From: a virus
Taxonomy: Duplodnaviria; Heunggongvirae; Uroviricota; Caudoviricetes
DNA length: 64,000 bases
IMG/VR virus record: IMGVR_UViG_3300035701_000006
Location: 7,267 to 71,266 of that record
Direction: 5' to 3' (one strand)
Within the stretch, counting starts at the first letter, position 1, and every line of letters starts with the position of its first letter. Made by a program: the position numbers and the translations under genes. The notes below the pieces were generated by a model, which saw nothing but the letters and a program-made list of their open reading frames with translations, was not told the origin of the DNA and searched no databases. Shown here in pieces: positions 28,898 to 38,101 of the stretch.

Positions 28898-31083
28898 ATG
28901 TGCTGCATAAACGGCGGTGGGCCGGGGATGTCCAGCGTGAAGCTGAAGAATTCTCGAATCTGTGACTCGCTCGCGATCCATTCCTGATTCGCCTGCCTCG
29001 GATCGACGGGCCTGACAATGATCTTCCTTGGGCTACCCTCGATCACATTGTAGACATACCACTCGCTTCCGACGAGCGAATTCCAGCGGTAAGACGCCTG
29101 CCTCATGGATAGCCTGACGCCGATCTGTAGCTGATCCTTCTCGTCCTGTCGGATGTTGTGGATATTGGACGGCATCGGGGGCGGCGGTGGCGTCGGGCTC
29201 GGGATGAACCTTGTCTTTACGGTGGCGATGTTGGACGGATAAGACGGGCATGCCGATTGCGACGGGGACGCGGGCTTCGATACGGCGAACACCCTGTAGA
29301 AATATGTTGTGTCCGGGCTGAGGTTATGGTCGGTGTAACGGACGGTTCGCTGTCCGCGTAAGCAGACGGACTCGCCTGACAGCACGCTGTTGATGAGCGT
29401 GAAGTCTGGCGACCCGATCTTCTGGCGCTCGACCCTGAAAAGCATCTCCTGATAGCTGTTGTCAAGCCAACTCAGCTCGACGGAGTATGGAGATATGCTA
29501 CCGGCTTGCATACTGGTCGGCGCTGGTGGAACGTTCGCGTAGGTGGAGAAGTCGCTTTCGACGAAGTTCAGCGGGACGCCGTTCCCGCGTGATAGGCCGA
29601 TTAGACCTCCGTTGCATCCGATGTCGAGATAAGTCAGTCTAATAATGCCATCGAAGAAGATCTCGATCTGGAAGCTGTTGATCGCTGGGATCTCTCCCGT
29701 TGAGGTGCCTAGATTTGCGAGCTTGTCGAAAGTCACTACAACCCTATCCACGAGTTCCTTGAACAGGATCGTTCCACCGCCTCCGGCGAAGGCTGGATGC
29801 ATGAGGTTGAACAGGCCAGAGATACGCGGCTTGTTGAAGTGGTGCTCGAAGGATTCCGCACTTTCCGTATCGCCGCCCCCGAACGTGATGTATCCATTCG
29901 ATCCGACGAACATGGAGCTGTATTTCGTTCCGAACAGGGGGATCATGGCGTGTGGGAAGTTTATTTGCTGGAAAGCGTCGTCTCCGAGGAGTAATTCTAT
30001 GCTTCCGGACGGATTCGTGAGATAGTCCGTTACCGAATCCCTGCAGGCGAGATATGAACCATTGCCGTCCGGGGTGAAGGTTAGTGTCGTGTGATTTATG
30101 TCATTCAGCTTCGTCGTCGATATAACGACTTCCTCGCTCCCGATCTGGTCAGTCCCGACGTGTGTACTCCTGCGCTCAGTTGTGTACACCGTTCTGAAGA
30201 GCTCCGTGAAGAAATCATCACCGATCAGCATGTCGTTCAGTAGGACGCCGTCCGTGTATTCTTTCGTATATCCGAGCATGAACATGAAGGACGGAGAAAT
30301 GTCGATCGACAGGTGGTAGTCTTCGCCAATGAGGTTCTGGGTTATGTCAGGACCATTCGCGACGAAGAAGGCGTGTCGTTCGGAATCGGTGGACCCGCCA
30401 TGATCTTTCCAGTTCGGATCCGTTTCTCGGCCGTGATCCGTGGTCACAACGATATTGGTGTTCCCGCGCATGAGCGGATGGGCATTGACGAGGCTGACGA
30501 TCTCGCCCACGTAAGCGTCGATCGCCTGGATGGCGAGAATATATCCGCCCCAGTCACTGGCGTGGGCCATCGTGTCCGGCGAGGCGTAGCTGACCGCGGA
30601 GATCTCAGGCGGGTTCACGCCGAGGCATTCTGTCTTGAACAGGGCGTGAGTCAGCGCATCGCTCCGATATCCGCCCGTACCGTCTCCATTCACTCCGGCG
30701 TTAACATAGGGTCTATAATCCTGGTAGGGCCCTGGCATGGTATTATTACCCATGCAGAACAGTTTGTCCTTTGAGAAGATGAATTTCGCTCGGTCGGTAA
30801 AGCCGTCTGCGGGATTAGACTTAATGCCCTTTGTATATAGGTATTCCTGAGCAAAAGATGGGAAGTATGGAGATTGGGAGCCATCATTTGGGATATCTTC
30901 ATAACGGCCGGTAAATATGCCGTCATGTCCTGGGATCGTCGTTGAGATGGGACCCACGTACATTCTGGGGAGGGAAGTGCCCGTCAGAGCAAGGTCTGCT
31001 ATGTTCGGGATATTGCCTGGGGCGTCCCAGGTCTCGCTATATCTCACGCCGTCCATGACTATAACGACGAGGTATTTCGCCAT
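28894..31083 (-). CDS. Alkaline-phosphatase-superfamily (NPP-like) enzyme fused to NIDO-like and FN3 domains
   Basis: VIVMDGVR, TTIPGHDGIFTG, PDTMAH and VTTDHG form the AlkP metal site. IPLFGTKYSSMFVGSNGYITFG is NIDO-like. PPAPTSMQAGSISPYSVELSW...YFYRVFA is FN3. Confidence 0.8.
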   Translation of the reverse strand: MAKYLVVIVMDGVRYSETWDAPGNIPNIADLALTGTSLPRMYVGPISTTIPGHDGIFTGRYEDIPNDGSQSPYFPSFAQEYLYTKGIKSNPADGFTDRAKFIFSKDKLFCMGNNTMPGPYQDYRPYVNAGVNGDGTGGYRSDALTHALFKTECLGVNPPEISAVSYASPDTMAHASDWGGYILAIQAIDAYVGEIVSLVNAHPLMRGNTNIVVTTDHGRETDPNWKDHGGSTDSERHAFFVANGPDITQNLIGEDYHLSIDISPSFMFMLGYTKEYTDGVLLNDMLIGDDFFTELFRTVYTTERRSTHVGTDQIGSEEVVISTTKLNDINHTTLTFTPDGNGSYLACRDSVTDYLTNPSGSIELLLGDDAFQQINFPHAMIPLFGTKYSSMFVGSNGYITFGGGDTESAESFEHHFNKPRISGLFNLMHPAFAGGGGTILFKELVDRVVVTFDKLANLGTSTGEIPAINSFQIEIFFDGIIRLTYLDIGCNGGLIGLSRGNGVPLNFVESDFSTYANVPPAPTSMQAGSISPYSVELSWLDNSYQEMLFRVERQKIGSPDFTLINSVLSGESVCLRGQRTVRYTDHNLSPDTTYFYRVFAVSKPASPSQSACPSYPSNIATVKTRFIPSPTPPPPPMPSNIHNIRQDEKDQLQIGVRLSMRQASYRWNSLVGSEWYVYNVIEGSPRKIIVRPVDPRQANQEWIASESQIREFFSFTLDIPGPPPFMQHI

Positions 31084-31100
31084 CTTGGTATTTCAGTCCT

Positions 31101-32630
31101 ATGCTAGTTAAGATCGTCGATAATCACTTCTTATATTTGGACCAGATAACGGCCCAACAAGATGAGATCATCTATAGGCACTTTAGTGCGAAGGATCCAG
31201 ACGCGATCTATATTATAGATACGCTCGAACAGGACTGGGACGGGTGGTACCGCAAGTACAATCGGCAGAAGCAGCGGATGGCGCTGCCATTCCTGGGCGA
31301 GCTGTTGACGCTCTGTAATGGCCATGGCTGGCCTGTGAGTGTGTTGGATAGGCGTCCCAAAATATGGACACCAGGCGAGGAAGACGTCAAGCCGGATATC
31401 CTTCCGGGCATCACACTATATGACTACCAGACGGAGGCTCTGAAGGCAGCGCTCAGGCATCCCATAGGGTGCTTCTTCCACACGACCGGAGCTGGTAAGA
31501 CAGAGTTGATGGCTGCCCTTATCAGGCTGTTCAAATGTTCCGCTCTCATCATATCTGAGAAGCTGGTTATCGTCGATCAGATCAAGAGGGTCATTGAGTT
31601 GCGCGAGGTCGCATCTGATGTCGGCGTCTTCTATAGTGGGCGTACGCCGACGGGTCAGCTCGTCTGTGTAGGGTCCATTCAGTCCATTGCGTCTCCGTCG
31701 AAGCCGGTCCGGCAGCATGGGGTGAAGCAGGAGGAGTTCGACAAGAAGATGGGCCAGTATACTGCCAGATGCAGGCGCAGCAAGCATCTGCAGCAGTTGT
31801 TGCTTCCGAAATGTGAAATGCTGCTCGTAGACGAGTGTGATCTGGCCACAAGCACACAATACCGCCATCTTTTCAAGCTTTCGGAAGCCAGGAGGCGGTA
31901 TGGTTTCTCCGGATCGATGGGAGATCCCAGTAAGCCCGTCCAGAATCTGGTGCTTAAGGAGAGGCTCGGTAGTATCATTCACAAGACGAACAGGCGGGAA
32001 TTAGAGAAGCTCGGTCGTATCATACCCGTGAAGTACATTATGATAGCGTTCGGGGAGGGAATGAGCAAGACGGACAAGACTGCCTACGACATCGCCATAA
32101 AGGAGCTTGAGAACAACCCGAATTTCATTCAGACCATAGCGGGGATAGTGCGGGTGTATCCTAAGAGGACACTTATTCTGGTTGAGCACCGCGTACTTGG
32201 ACACGCTCTTGAGCAGGCGATACCGGGGTCCGTGTTCATCCACGGCGATACCTCGAACAGTGCTAGATGGGAAGCAATTCACGACTTTGAGAATGACAAG
32301 CTGGATTGCCTAATAGGTGGCAAGATTATCAAGCGCGGACTTGACCTGAAAGGAGGCTGCGACAATCTGATCATCGCGCACGGCATGAAGGATATGGCAG
32401 ATTTTGAGCAGAGGATCGGCAGAGCCATTAGAAAGAATAAGGAAGGGTTCGCCAGGGTCTTCGATTTCATGTTCTTACATAATACCCACCTGTACGGCCA
32501 TTCGAGGGCAAGGTTGAAGTATTTAGCCAACATGGGTTATAACTCGGTCGTCGTATATCCGCAGGCTGATATCAGGATCGACGGCACATCCCTCATCCGA
32601 TCGCGGTTCCGTGTGCCACATCAGAAGTAA
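31101..32630 (+). CDS. SF2 helicase (UvsW-like)
   Basis: LYDYQ, TTGAGKT, LVDECD, GFSGS, FIHG, RGLD and QRIGRAIR. Confidence 0.9.
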   Translation: MLVKIVDNHFLYLDQITAQQDEIIYRHFSAKDPDAIYIIDTLEQDWDGWYRKYNRQKQRMALPFLGELLTLCNGHGWPVSVLDRRPKIWTPGEEDVKPDILPGITLYDYQTEALKAALRHPIGCFFHTTGAGKTELMAALIRLFKCSALIISEKLVIVDQIKRVIELREVASDVGVFYSGRTPTGQLVCVGSIQSIASPSKPVRQHGVKQEEFDKKMGQYTARCRRSKHLQQLLLPKCEMLLVDECDLATSTQYRHLFKLSEARRRYGFSGSMGDPSKPVQNLVLKERLGSIIHKTNRRELEKLGRIIPVKYIMIAFGEGMSKTDKTAYDIAIKELENNPNFIQTIAGIVRVYPKRTLILVEHRVLGHALEQAIPGSVFIHGDTSNSARWEAIHDFENDKLDCLIGGKIIKRGLDLKGGCDNLIIAHGMKDMADFEQRIGRAIRKNKEGFARVFDFMFLHNTHLYGHSRARLKYLANMGYNSVVVYPQADIRIDGTSLIRSRFRVPHQK

Positions 32631-32640
32631 CCATAGGCTA

Positions 32641-32670
32641 TTCATTAGAATTTTATGTTCGAATTATAAT
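32641..32670 (+). promoter_or_regulatory. Possible sigma70-type promoter
   Basis: TATAAT at 32665-32670 in an AT-rich gap. The -35 (TTCATT, 18-nt spacer) is weak. Confidence 0.4.
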
Positions 32671-32700
32671 GTATCTTAGTAGGGATTATTGGGATAGCCA

Positions 32701-33480
32701 ATGATACCTAGACCTATCAGGTCATTCCAAAGGCCCCACAACCATCCCCCCTGTCCCCCGCTGCCCGGTCAGCCCCAATTGGCTCCATTACCGCCGAAAC
32801 CAAGAAATTACTACTTCGACAATGCGCACGTTGAAAGGCTTCTGACGAAGTACGTTGGTGGTGGATGCGTCGAGCTGGCTCTCCGCAATGAGATCATGAG
32901 TCACGCGATGGAGCTCATCCGCCAGATCATAAGGACGCACAATCTACACATCATCTACCCGGGTCGAAATCAGGCATCGTTCAATGATCTCGTGCAGGTG
33001 GCTTGGTGTCAGATAGAATCCGCACTTTATAAATTCATACCAGGTAAGGCGAAGGTCTTCAACCTCTGGTCACAGATCGCCAAGACAGTCATCTTGGCTC
33101 ATATCAAGAAAGAAACTCGCGATAAGAAGAATGCGACTCCCTATAGCGGTCACCTGAACGAAAGGCACAAGGACGTACGATGCTTGACGTTGGATAGGTT
33201 TGTCCATGAGGCACACGAGATATTCAAATATAATGATGAGTACCTTAAGATCGTCGCTGCCATAGAACTTCTGGGCGAGGAAGACGACAGGCCGCACGAC
33301 GGCTTCATAGGGAAGCTGGCGAAGAAAGCAAGGGTGTCGAAATCTAAGGTGTCTTCGTTCATCAAGCTTATAAGGCTACGAGGTCATAACTTTACGGATT
33401 CCGGGATCAATGATAAGTCCAGGAGCATCTACGTCAGGCACTCAAAGGCACATTTCGACTCGGAAGATGACGAGGATTAA
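32701..33480 (+). CDS. Phage sigma-factor-like protein (candidate late sigma, gp55 analogue)
   Basis: NYYFDN start, then FNDLVQVAWCQIESALYKF..KAKVFNLWSQIAKTVIL resembling sigma region 2, and a C-terminal HTH-like segment. Confidence 0.6.
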   Translation: MIPRPIRSFQRPHNHPPCPPLPGQPQLAPLPPKPRNYYFDNAHVERLLTKYVGGGCVELALRNEIMSHAMELIRQIIRTHNLHIIYPGRNQASFNDLVQVAWCQIESALYKFIPGKAKVFNLWSQIAKTVILAHIKKETRDKKNATPYSGHLNERHKDVRCLTLDRFVHEAHEIFKYNDEYLKIVAAIELLGEEDDRPHDGFIGKLAKKARVSKSKVSSFIKLIRLRGHNFTDSGINDKSRSIYVRHSKAHFDSEDDED

Positions 33481-33482
33481 AG

Positions 33483-34145
33483 ATGGCTATTCCTAAGTCT
33501 GTCAGAGAACGCATCCACCGCAAGAAGCGCCAGAAGAAGGTTGGCGTGAGCGACACTTCCACCAAGGGTCGCATCGTTCCCAAGAAGAGCGCCGATAACG
33601 ATCCGATCCCGAAATACAGGCAGATCCAGGAGGCTCTGAACGCCCTTCGTGCCGGCGTCTCTCCGAAGCAAATCGTGGAGGAGTTAGACGAGAATGTCGT
33701 CGTGCAACTGAGCGAAGCTGTGTCGCGGCTGATGACGATGCAACTCGGCGGGTGGTCCAAGGTGGACGACAAGTTCATCCACGATAGTGGCATTGTTATG
33801 AAGTCGGAGGCCCTCGTCAAGGCCGGTCTCGAGCTCAAGGAAGGGACCATCGTCATCGGCAAGACCGGCCAGCAGTTCATCTTCTGCGATAGGAACAGGC
33901 TCTATGAGATGCTCTCGTCGCTCTATAAGACGGTCCGCATCCTGGACCTTGAACGGAAGCTGGATCTGTTCACTGAGGCTAGGAGGATCATGGGCTCCGG
34001 CTACGGCGGTCCAGTCCCCATCTTGGTGAAGAACAAGAGCAAGTGCATGCGGTGTGGCGGCGCCATAGAGGCCAATACGTGGGCTGAGTGGGAGAAAGGA
34101 TACGGCGTCTCCCACATGGAATGCCCGCCAAGGGCGGAGCCATAA
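33483..34145 (+). CDS. Hypothetical protein with C-terminal Zn motif
   Basis: CMRC...HMEC. Confidence 0.5.
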   Translation: MAIPKSVRERIHRKKRQKKVGVSDTSTKGRIVPKKSADNDPIPKYRQIQEALNALRAGVSPKQIVEELDENVVVQLSEAVSRLMTMQLGGWSKVDDKFIHDSGIVMKSEALVKAGLELKEGTIVIGKTGQQFIFCDRNRLYEMLSSLYKTVRILDLERKLDLFTEARRIMGSGYGGPVPILVKNKSKCMRCGGAIEANTWAEWEKGYGVSHMECPPRAEP

Positions 34146-34714
34146 TGCCGGAAGACATGCCGGTTGACACTGAGCTTGTTGAACTCCTGGACTCTCTCAC
34201 TAAGGAGAGGTCTAAGGGTGCTTTGCCAGCGCCTGCCTTATCTGTGCCGACGAACGGCACACCAGTGGAACCTCCCAAACCTGCGCCGCCCGCACCGACG
34301 AAGGATCTGGCACCCATCAATGAACCCGCCTCGGTAGATGTAATTCAGAATGCGGAAGACGATGAAGTTCGCAAGCTTATAGGTAGCTTCGTTGGTATCC
34401 GAGATGAGATCCTCGGAAACTACCGCAACGACAGGACCGACGTTGACAGGGCCATCTCCAAGTTCAGGGAAACCGTAGAGGGTGGCGGTGAAGTTACTAC
34501 CGCGGTCGTCGAAGGTTACGTCAACGCTCTTAAGGTGAAGGCAGATATCAATTCGAACGCGATCCGGATGTTGGATGCCGTAGCTAGATTCCTTGCTGCC
34601 GGGAAGGGCACGAACATCTTCGTTCAGAACCAGGGCATCTCCGCCAAGGATCTCGACGCAATCCTGAACGCGCCGGCATACCCAGACGAAGTACGCCGTC
34701 AGCAGGGTACATAA
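34145..34714 (+). CDS. Probable terminase small subunit
   Basis: Helical 189-aa ORF immediately before TerL, ending with a TNIFVQN..AKDLDAIL tail. Assigned mostly by position. Confidence 0.45.
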   Translation: MPEDMPVDTELVELLDSLTKERSKGALPAPALSVPTNGTPVEPPKPAPPAPTKDLAPINEPASVDVIQNAEDDEVRKLIGSFVGIRDEILGNYRNDRTDVDRAISKFRETVEGGGEVTTAVVEGYVNALKVKADINSNAIRMLDAVARFLAAGKGTNIFVQNQGISAKDLDAILNAPAYPDEVRRQQGT

Positions 34715-34754
34715 CCCTGTTGGTCTGCTCCTCATCGCTCTACAAATATATCAT

Positions 34755-36665
34755 ATGCTGACTATTGATGCCAAGCAGCGACAGATTATTAAGCGCACTC
34801 AGGGAAGCGCGCAGTACTTCATATCTCAGTTCTGCTGGCTCAAGCATCCGAAACTGGGTCCCATCAAGTTCAGCCTGTTCAGATATCAGTCAGAATGCCT
34901 TCTCGATTTCCTAACACGGAGATATTTAATCTTTTGGAAGACAAGGCAGGCAGGGATTAGTACGCTTGTCGGCGCCTATGCGCTCTGGTATGCGATGTTC
35001 GCTCCCGCGAGGACGGTACTGATCGTGTCGAAACGCGACCTGGACGCCAAGGAATTCCTCACCAAGAACGTCAAGTTCGCCTATGATAAGCTACCTTCCT
35101 GGATGCAAGCCGTCTGGCCACGGGTCATCGACAATGAACACGTCATAGGCTTTCCGAACGGTTCCAAGATCACGAGCTTATCGTCGAGCAAGGACACGCT
35201 CCGGTCGAACTCAGCATCCCTCGTCGTGCTGGACGAAGTCGCGCACATGCCGAACATGGACGAGATGTGGTCAGCTGGCGCTCCTACCCTGCAGCACGCA
35301 GGGCAGTGCATCTGCATCGGGACTCCGAACGGAATCGGCAACTGGTACTGGCAATCAGTGACTGATGCTCAGGAGGGGTATAACGATTTTAAGCTCATCA
35401 AGATAAACTGGTGGGACATGGACTGGCGTCTTGAGCATGATGACCCAGTCACGGGATTCAGGACCATTATCGCCCCGACCGATGATATCCGGGAAACCGT
35501 TACGGACGAAGAGCGGAAGAAATATGGAAAGCTCTGGAGCCCCTGGCTTGAGGAACAGTATCGAGTGCTGACCCAGCGAGGTGACGACAGGAAGTTCAGG
35601 CAGGAGGTCCTTGCTGAGTTCCTCGGCAGCGGTAACACGGTCGTATCAACCTCAACCCTGACTACCATCAAGGAACAGCATTCCGACACGTTCACGTCTG
35701 TGGGCAACGCAGAATATGTGAACCCGTCAACGGAAGAGCGGACGGTCCTCGAGTTCGATAAGAAGTTCTGGATCTGGAAAAAGCCAGTACGCGGCACGAC
35801 TGTTCAACCAAAGGCGAGCGCCTTGCGCGAGATACATCTGAAAGGTCATGTGGCTGCGTCAGAGGTCCTAGAGGAGCCGCACGTTTATGTGGCGGGCGTC
35901 GATACCAGCACGGGGGATGGCTCCGACTTCTGCGCGGTGGTCGTCTGGGACGTGACAGAAGGGGAGCAGGTTGCGGAGCTCAAGATCCGGGTGACGCCGC
36001 GCATTCTGGCGATGATGGCGGATTACATCGGCAGGTACTACAACAACGCGCTTCTCGTCGTCGAGCGCACTGGCATCGGCGCGACCACGGTCGAGGATCT
36101 TGAGAACATACTCTATTACCCGAACCTCTACAGGCCAAAGAAGTCGAACGGCAAGATGGGCAAGACCGGGTTCAACACGAGTCCTAGCTCGAAGCCTCTC
36201 CTGAACAAGGCCATCGTAGATAACATTGGTACTGACGGCTTCAAGGTGAATTCGTTCAGGCTCTACAAGGAACTCTGCATCTACGTTCACTTGTCCGGCG
36301 GAAGGACGGGGAACGAGCCTGGAACGGGAAACACGGACGACCTCGTTATGGCAGCTGCAATGGGGCTCATCGGGATCAACGAGGCGGCGGCCCGCACGTC
36401 ACAGGTCCTACCGCCGTTCAAGCCCCAGGATGATCCGCGCTTGGAATATGCCGGTAGGACTGAACAGGACGTTCTGAATGACGAAAAGAAAAAGGAAGAA
36501 TTCGCCGTGAAGGGCGGCCCTGGGGTTCTCATGCCGTACATAGCTGCTGATGCGTCTGATTTCACGGCAGAGGACGAGTATAACAAGTTCGTTAGGCAGC
36601 TTGGTGGCGTCCCGATGTTGAAGTCGATGCCAACAGTCACGAACAGGAAACATGTCATAAGGTAA
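34755..36665 (+). CDS. terL: Terminase large subunit (gp17-like)
   Basis: KTRQAGIST, LVVLDEVAH, IGTPNG, VAGVDTSTGDGSDF, VVERTGIG and DDLVMA. Confidence 0.95.
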   Translation: MLTIDAKQRQIIKRTQGSAQYFISQFCWLKHPKLGPIKFSLFRYQSECLLDFLTRRYLIFWKTRQAGISTLVGAYALWYAMFAPARTVLIVSKRDLDAKEFLTKNVKFAYDKLPSWMQAVWPRVIDNEHVIGFPNGSKITSLSSSKDTLRSNSASLVVLDEVAHMPNMDEMWSAGAPTLQHAGQCICIGTPNGIGNWYWQSVTDAQEGYNDFKLIKINWWDMDWRLEHDDPVTGFRTIIAPTDDIRETVTDEERKKYGKLWSPWLEEQYRVLTQRGDDRKFRQEVLAEFLGSGNTVVSTSTLTTIKEQHSDTFTSVGNAEYVNPSTEERTVLEFDKKFWIWKKPVRGTTVQPKASALREIHLKGHVAASEVLEEPHVYVAGVDTSTGDGSDFCAVVVWDVTEGEQVAELKIRVTPRILAMMADYIGRYYNNALLVVERTGIGATTVEDLENILYYPNLYRPKKSNGKMGKTGFNTSPSSKPLLNKAIVDNIGTDGFKVNSFRLYKELCIYVHLSGGRTGNEPGTGNTDDLVMAAAMGLIGINEAAARTSQVLPPFKPQDDPRLEYAGRTEQDVLNDEKKKEEFAVKGGPGVLMPYIAADASDFTAEDEYNKFVRQLGGVPMLKSMPTVTNRKHVIR

Positions 36666-36674
36666 AGATAGCGT

Positions 36675-36953
36675 ATGCCGACTCTTCTCAGACTTGCCTG
36701 CCCGCATTGTCTCGCAGAGAATTGCGTGCAGCCTGAATTTAATTTCGTGCAGATGGGCGTCTGCGAGAAGTGCGGTAAATTCTTCCAATACACGGTCGCT
36801 GTGAGGGAGATAACCCCATCCAACAGCGGGGAGATCAATTCAGGCTCTTGGAAGATCATCTGCGCCCCTTCCATCGAGGAAATACATCCGAACGGCGGTA
36901 TCTTATATAGAAGTTCCGAACCGGAACAGCCTGATGATGGGCAACCAAAATGA
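36675..36953 (+). CDS. Zn-ribbon protein
   Basis: CPHC...CEKC. Confidence 0.5.
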   Translation: MPTLLRLACPHCLAENCVQPEFNFVQMGVCEKCGKFFQYTVAVREITPSNSGEINSGSWKIICAPSIEEIHPNGGILYRSSEPEQPDDGQPK

Positions 36954-37375
36954 CTGAGATTATTCTGTCGCCGCCAGTACCCGATTCTATTGCAAACATG
37001 GTCGACCTCGTCGAGTGGCTCAAGCTCCTGCGTCTCTGGATACAGGGAGCCGAAATGCCATGGTCGATCGCAACTACGACGAATACGGTACTGACGGCTA
37101 GTGACTGGAACGCTTCGGGGATTCTGACTGTAATCGTTGATGCATCGGGCGGGAACAGAATAGTGACGCTGCCCAATTCGTCAACGGTACAGAACAGAAT
37201 AGTCACGATCAAGAAGACCGATCCGTCAACGAATACCGTTACGATCGATGGGCATGATGGTACGAACACTGGGATAGATGGTGCCTTCACTCTAGTATTC
37301 AATCTTCAATACCAGAGCTTCTCGCTTCAGTCGATAGGCATAGGAACTGATCCGCCAGACTGGTACATTATCTGA
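36950..37375 (+). CDS. Probable virion beta-rich protein
   Basis: VDASGGNRIVTLP...VTIKKTDPSTNTVTIDG resembles fibre/decoration modules. Confidence 0.5.
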   Translation: MTEIILSPPVPDSIANMVDLVEWLKLLRLWIQGAEMPWSIATTTNTVLTASDWNASGILTVIVDASGGNRIVTLPNSSTVQNRIVTIKKTDPSTNTVTIDGHDGTNTGIDGAFTLVFNLQYQSFSLQSIGIGTDPPDWYII

Positions 37376-37383
37376 GGCTCGTT

Positions 37384-37806
37384 ATGACTTATATGCCTCG
37401 GCAGTACAAATACAGCTCGATCAGAAAGACTGATGGGAGTTATTATGGGGCTGGCGGTACCCCGATTATTGTCCCTGGAACGACTATTTCGTTCTTGAAG
37501 GTCGGATCCGGCGACGTCCTTTTCTGGGTTGGGGCGACTAGCAACGCCAGTGGGATGATCCCTGACGTACTGCTGTATGTCGTCGTTGATGGGGCCATAC
37601 AACTTCCATTGTCTGCGGACACAATCTACACGTTCGTATCCGATGTCGCCGCTCCATTTGTGGACCTGTCTGGGCATACTTTCATGAGCGGCCTTGCCGC
37701 TGGACCCCATACGGCTGCGATTTACATCAGTACTGTGACAGGTTTTGGTGCTGGGGTAATGGCAGATGCGTCCATGCCACTGAACTTCACCGTTGGGTAC
37801 CCGTAA
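37384..37806 (+). CDS. Hypothetical beta-rich protein
   Basis: 140-aa ORF in the head module. Confidence 0.45.
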   Translation: MTYMPRQYKYSSIRKTDGSYYGAGGTPIIVPGTTISFLKVGSGDVLFWVGATSNASGMIPDVLLYVVVDGAIQLPLSADTIYTFVSDVAAPFVDLSGHTFMSGLAAGPHTAAIYISTVTGFGAGVMADASMPLNFTVGYP

Positions 37807-37816
37807 GGGACGAGTT

Positions 37817-38035
37817 ATGAAATGCACGGAAGTTGCAAAGGGTGTGCGGGATGTGGCTGGCCTAAACAAGGCCTTGAAGGGAGCAACACCTCCGTTTGAC
37901 GTTGCTGGCATCGGTAGCGATGCGAAGAGTAAGACACACGTCTGGCTGAACGATCGCGAGACGAAGGATCCGACACCGTACGTGATGGCTTGGGTAGATC
38001 CACCTCCGAAGTCGCTTCTGCGCACACCGCCGTAG
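37817..38035 (+). CDS. Hypothetical protein
   Basis: Short ORF before the portal. Confidence 0.4.
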   Translation: MKCTEVAKGVRDVAGLNKALKGATPPFDVAGIGSDAKSKTHVWLNDRETKDPTPYVMAWVDPPPKSLLRTPP

Positions 38036-38101
38036 GTCTTGACCATCGGCGTCCGCAAAAGTACATAAGCATGGCTCGCTGAGTCCATATCTGGACGAGT
38101 T

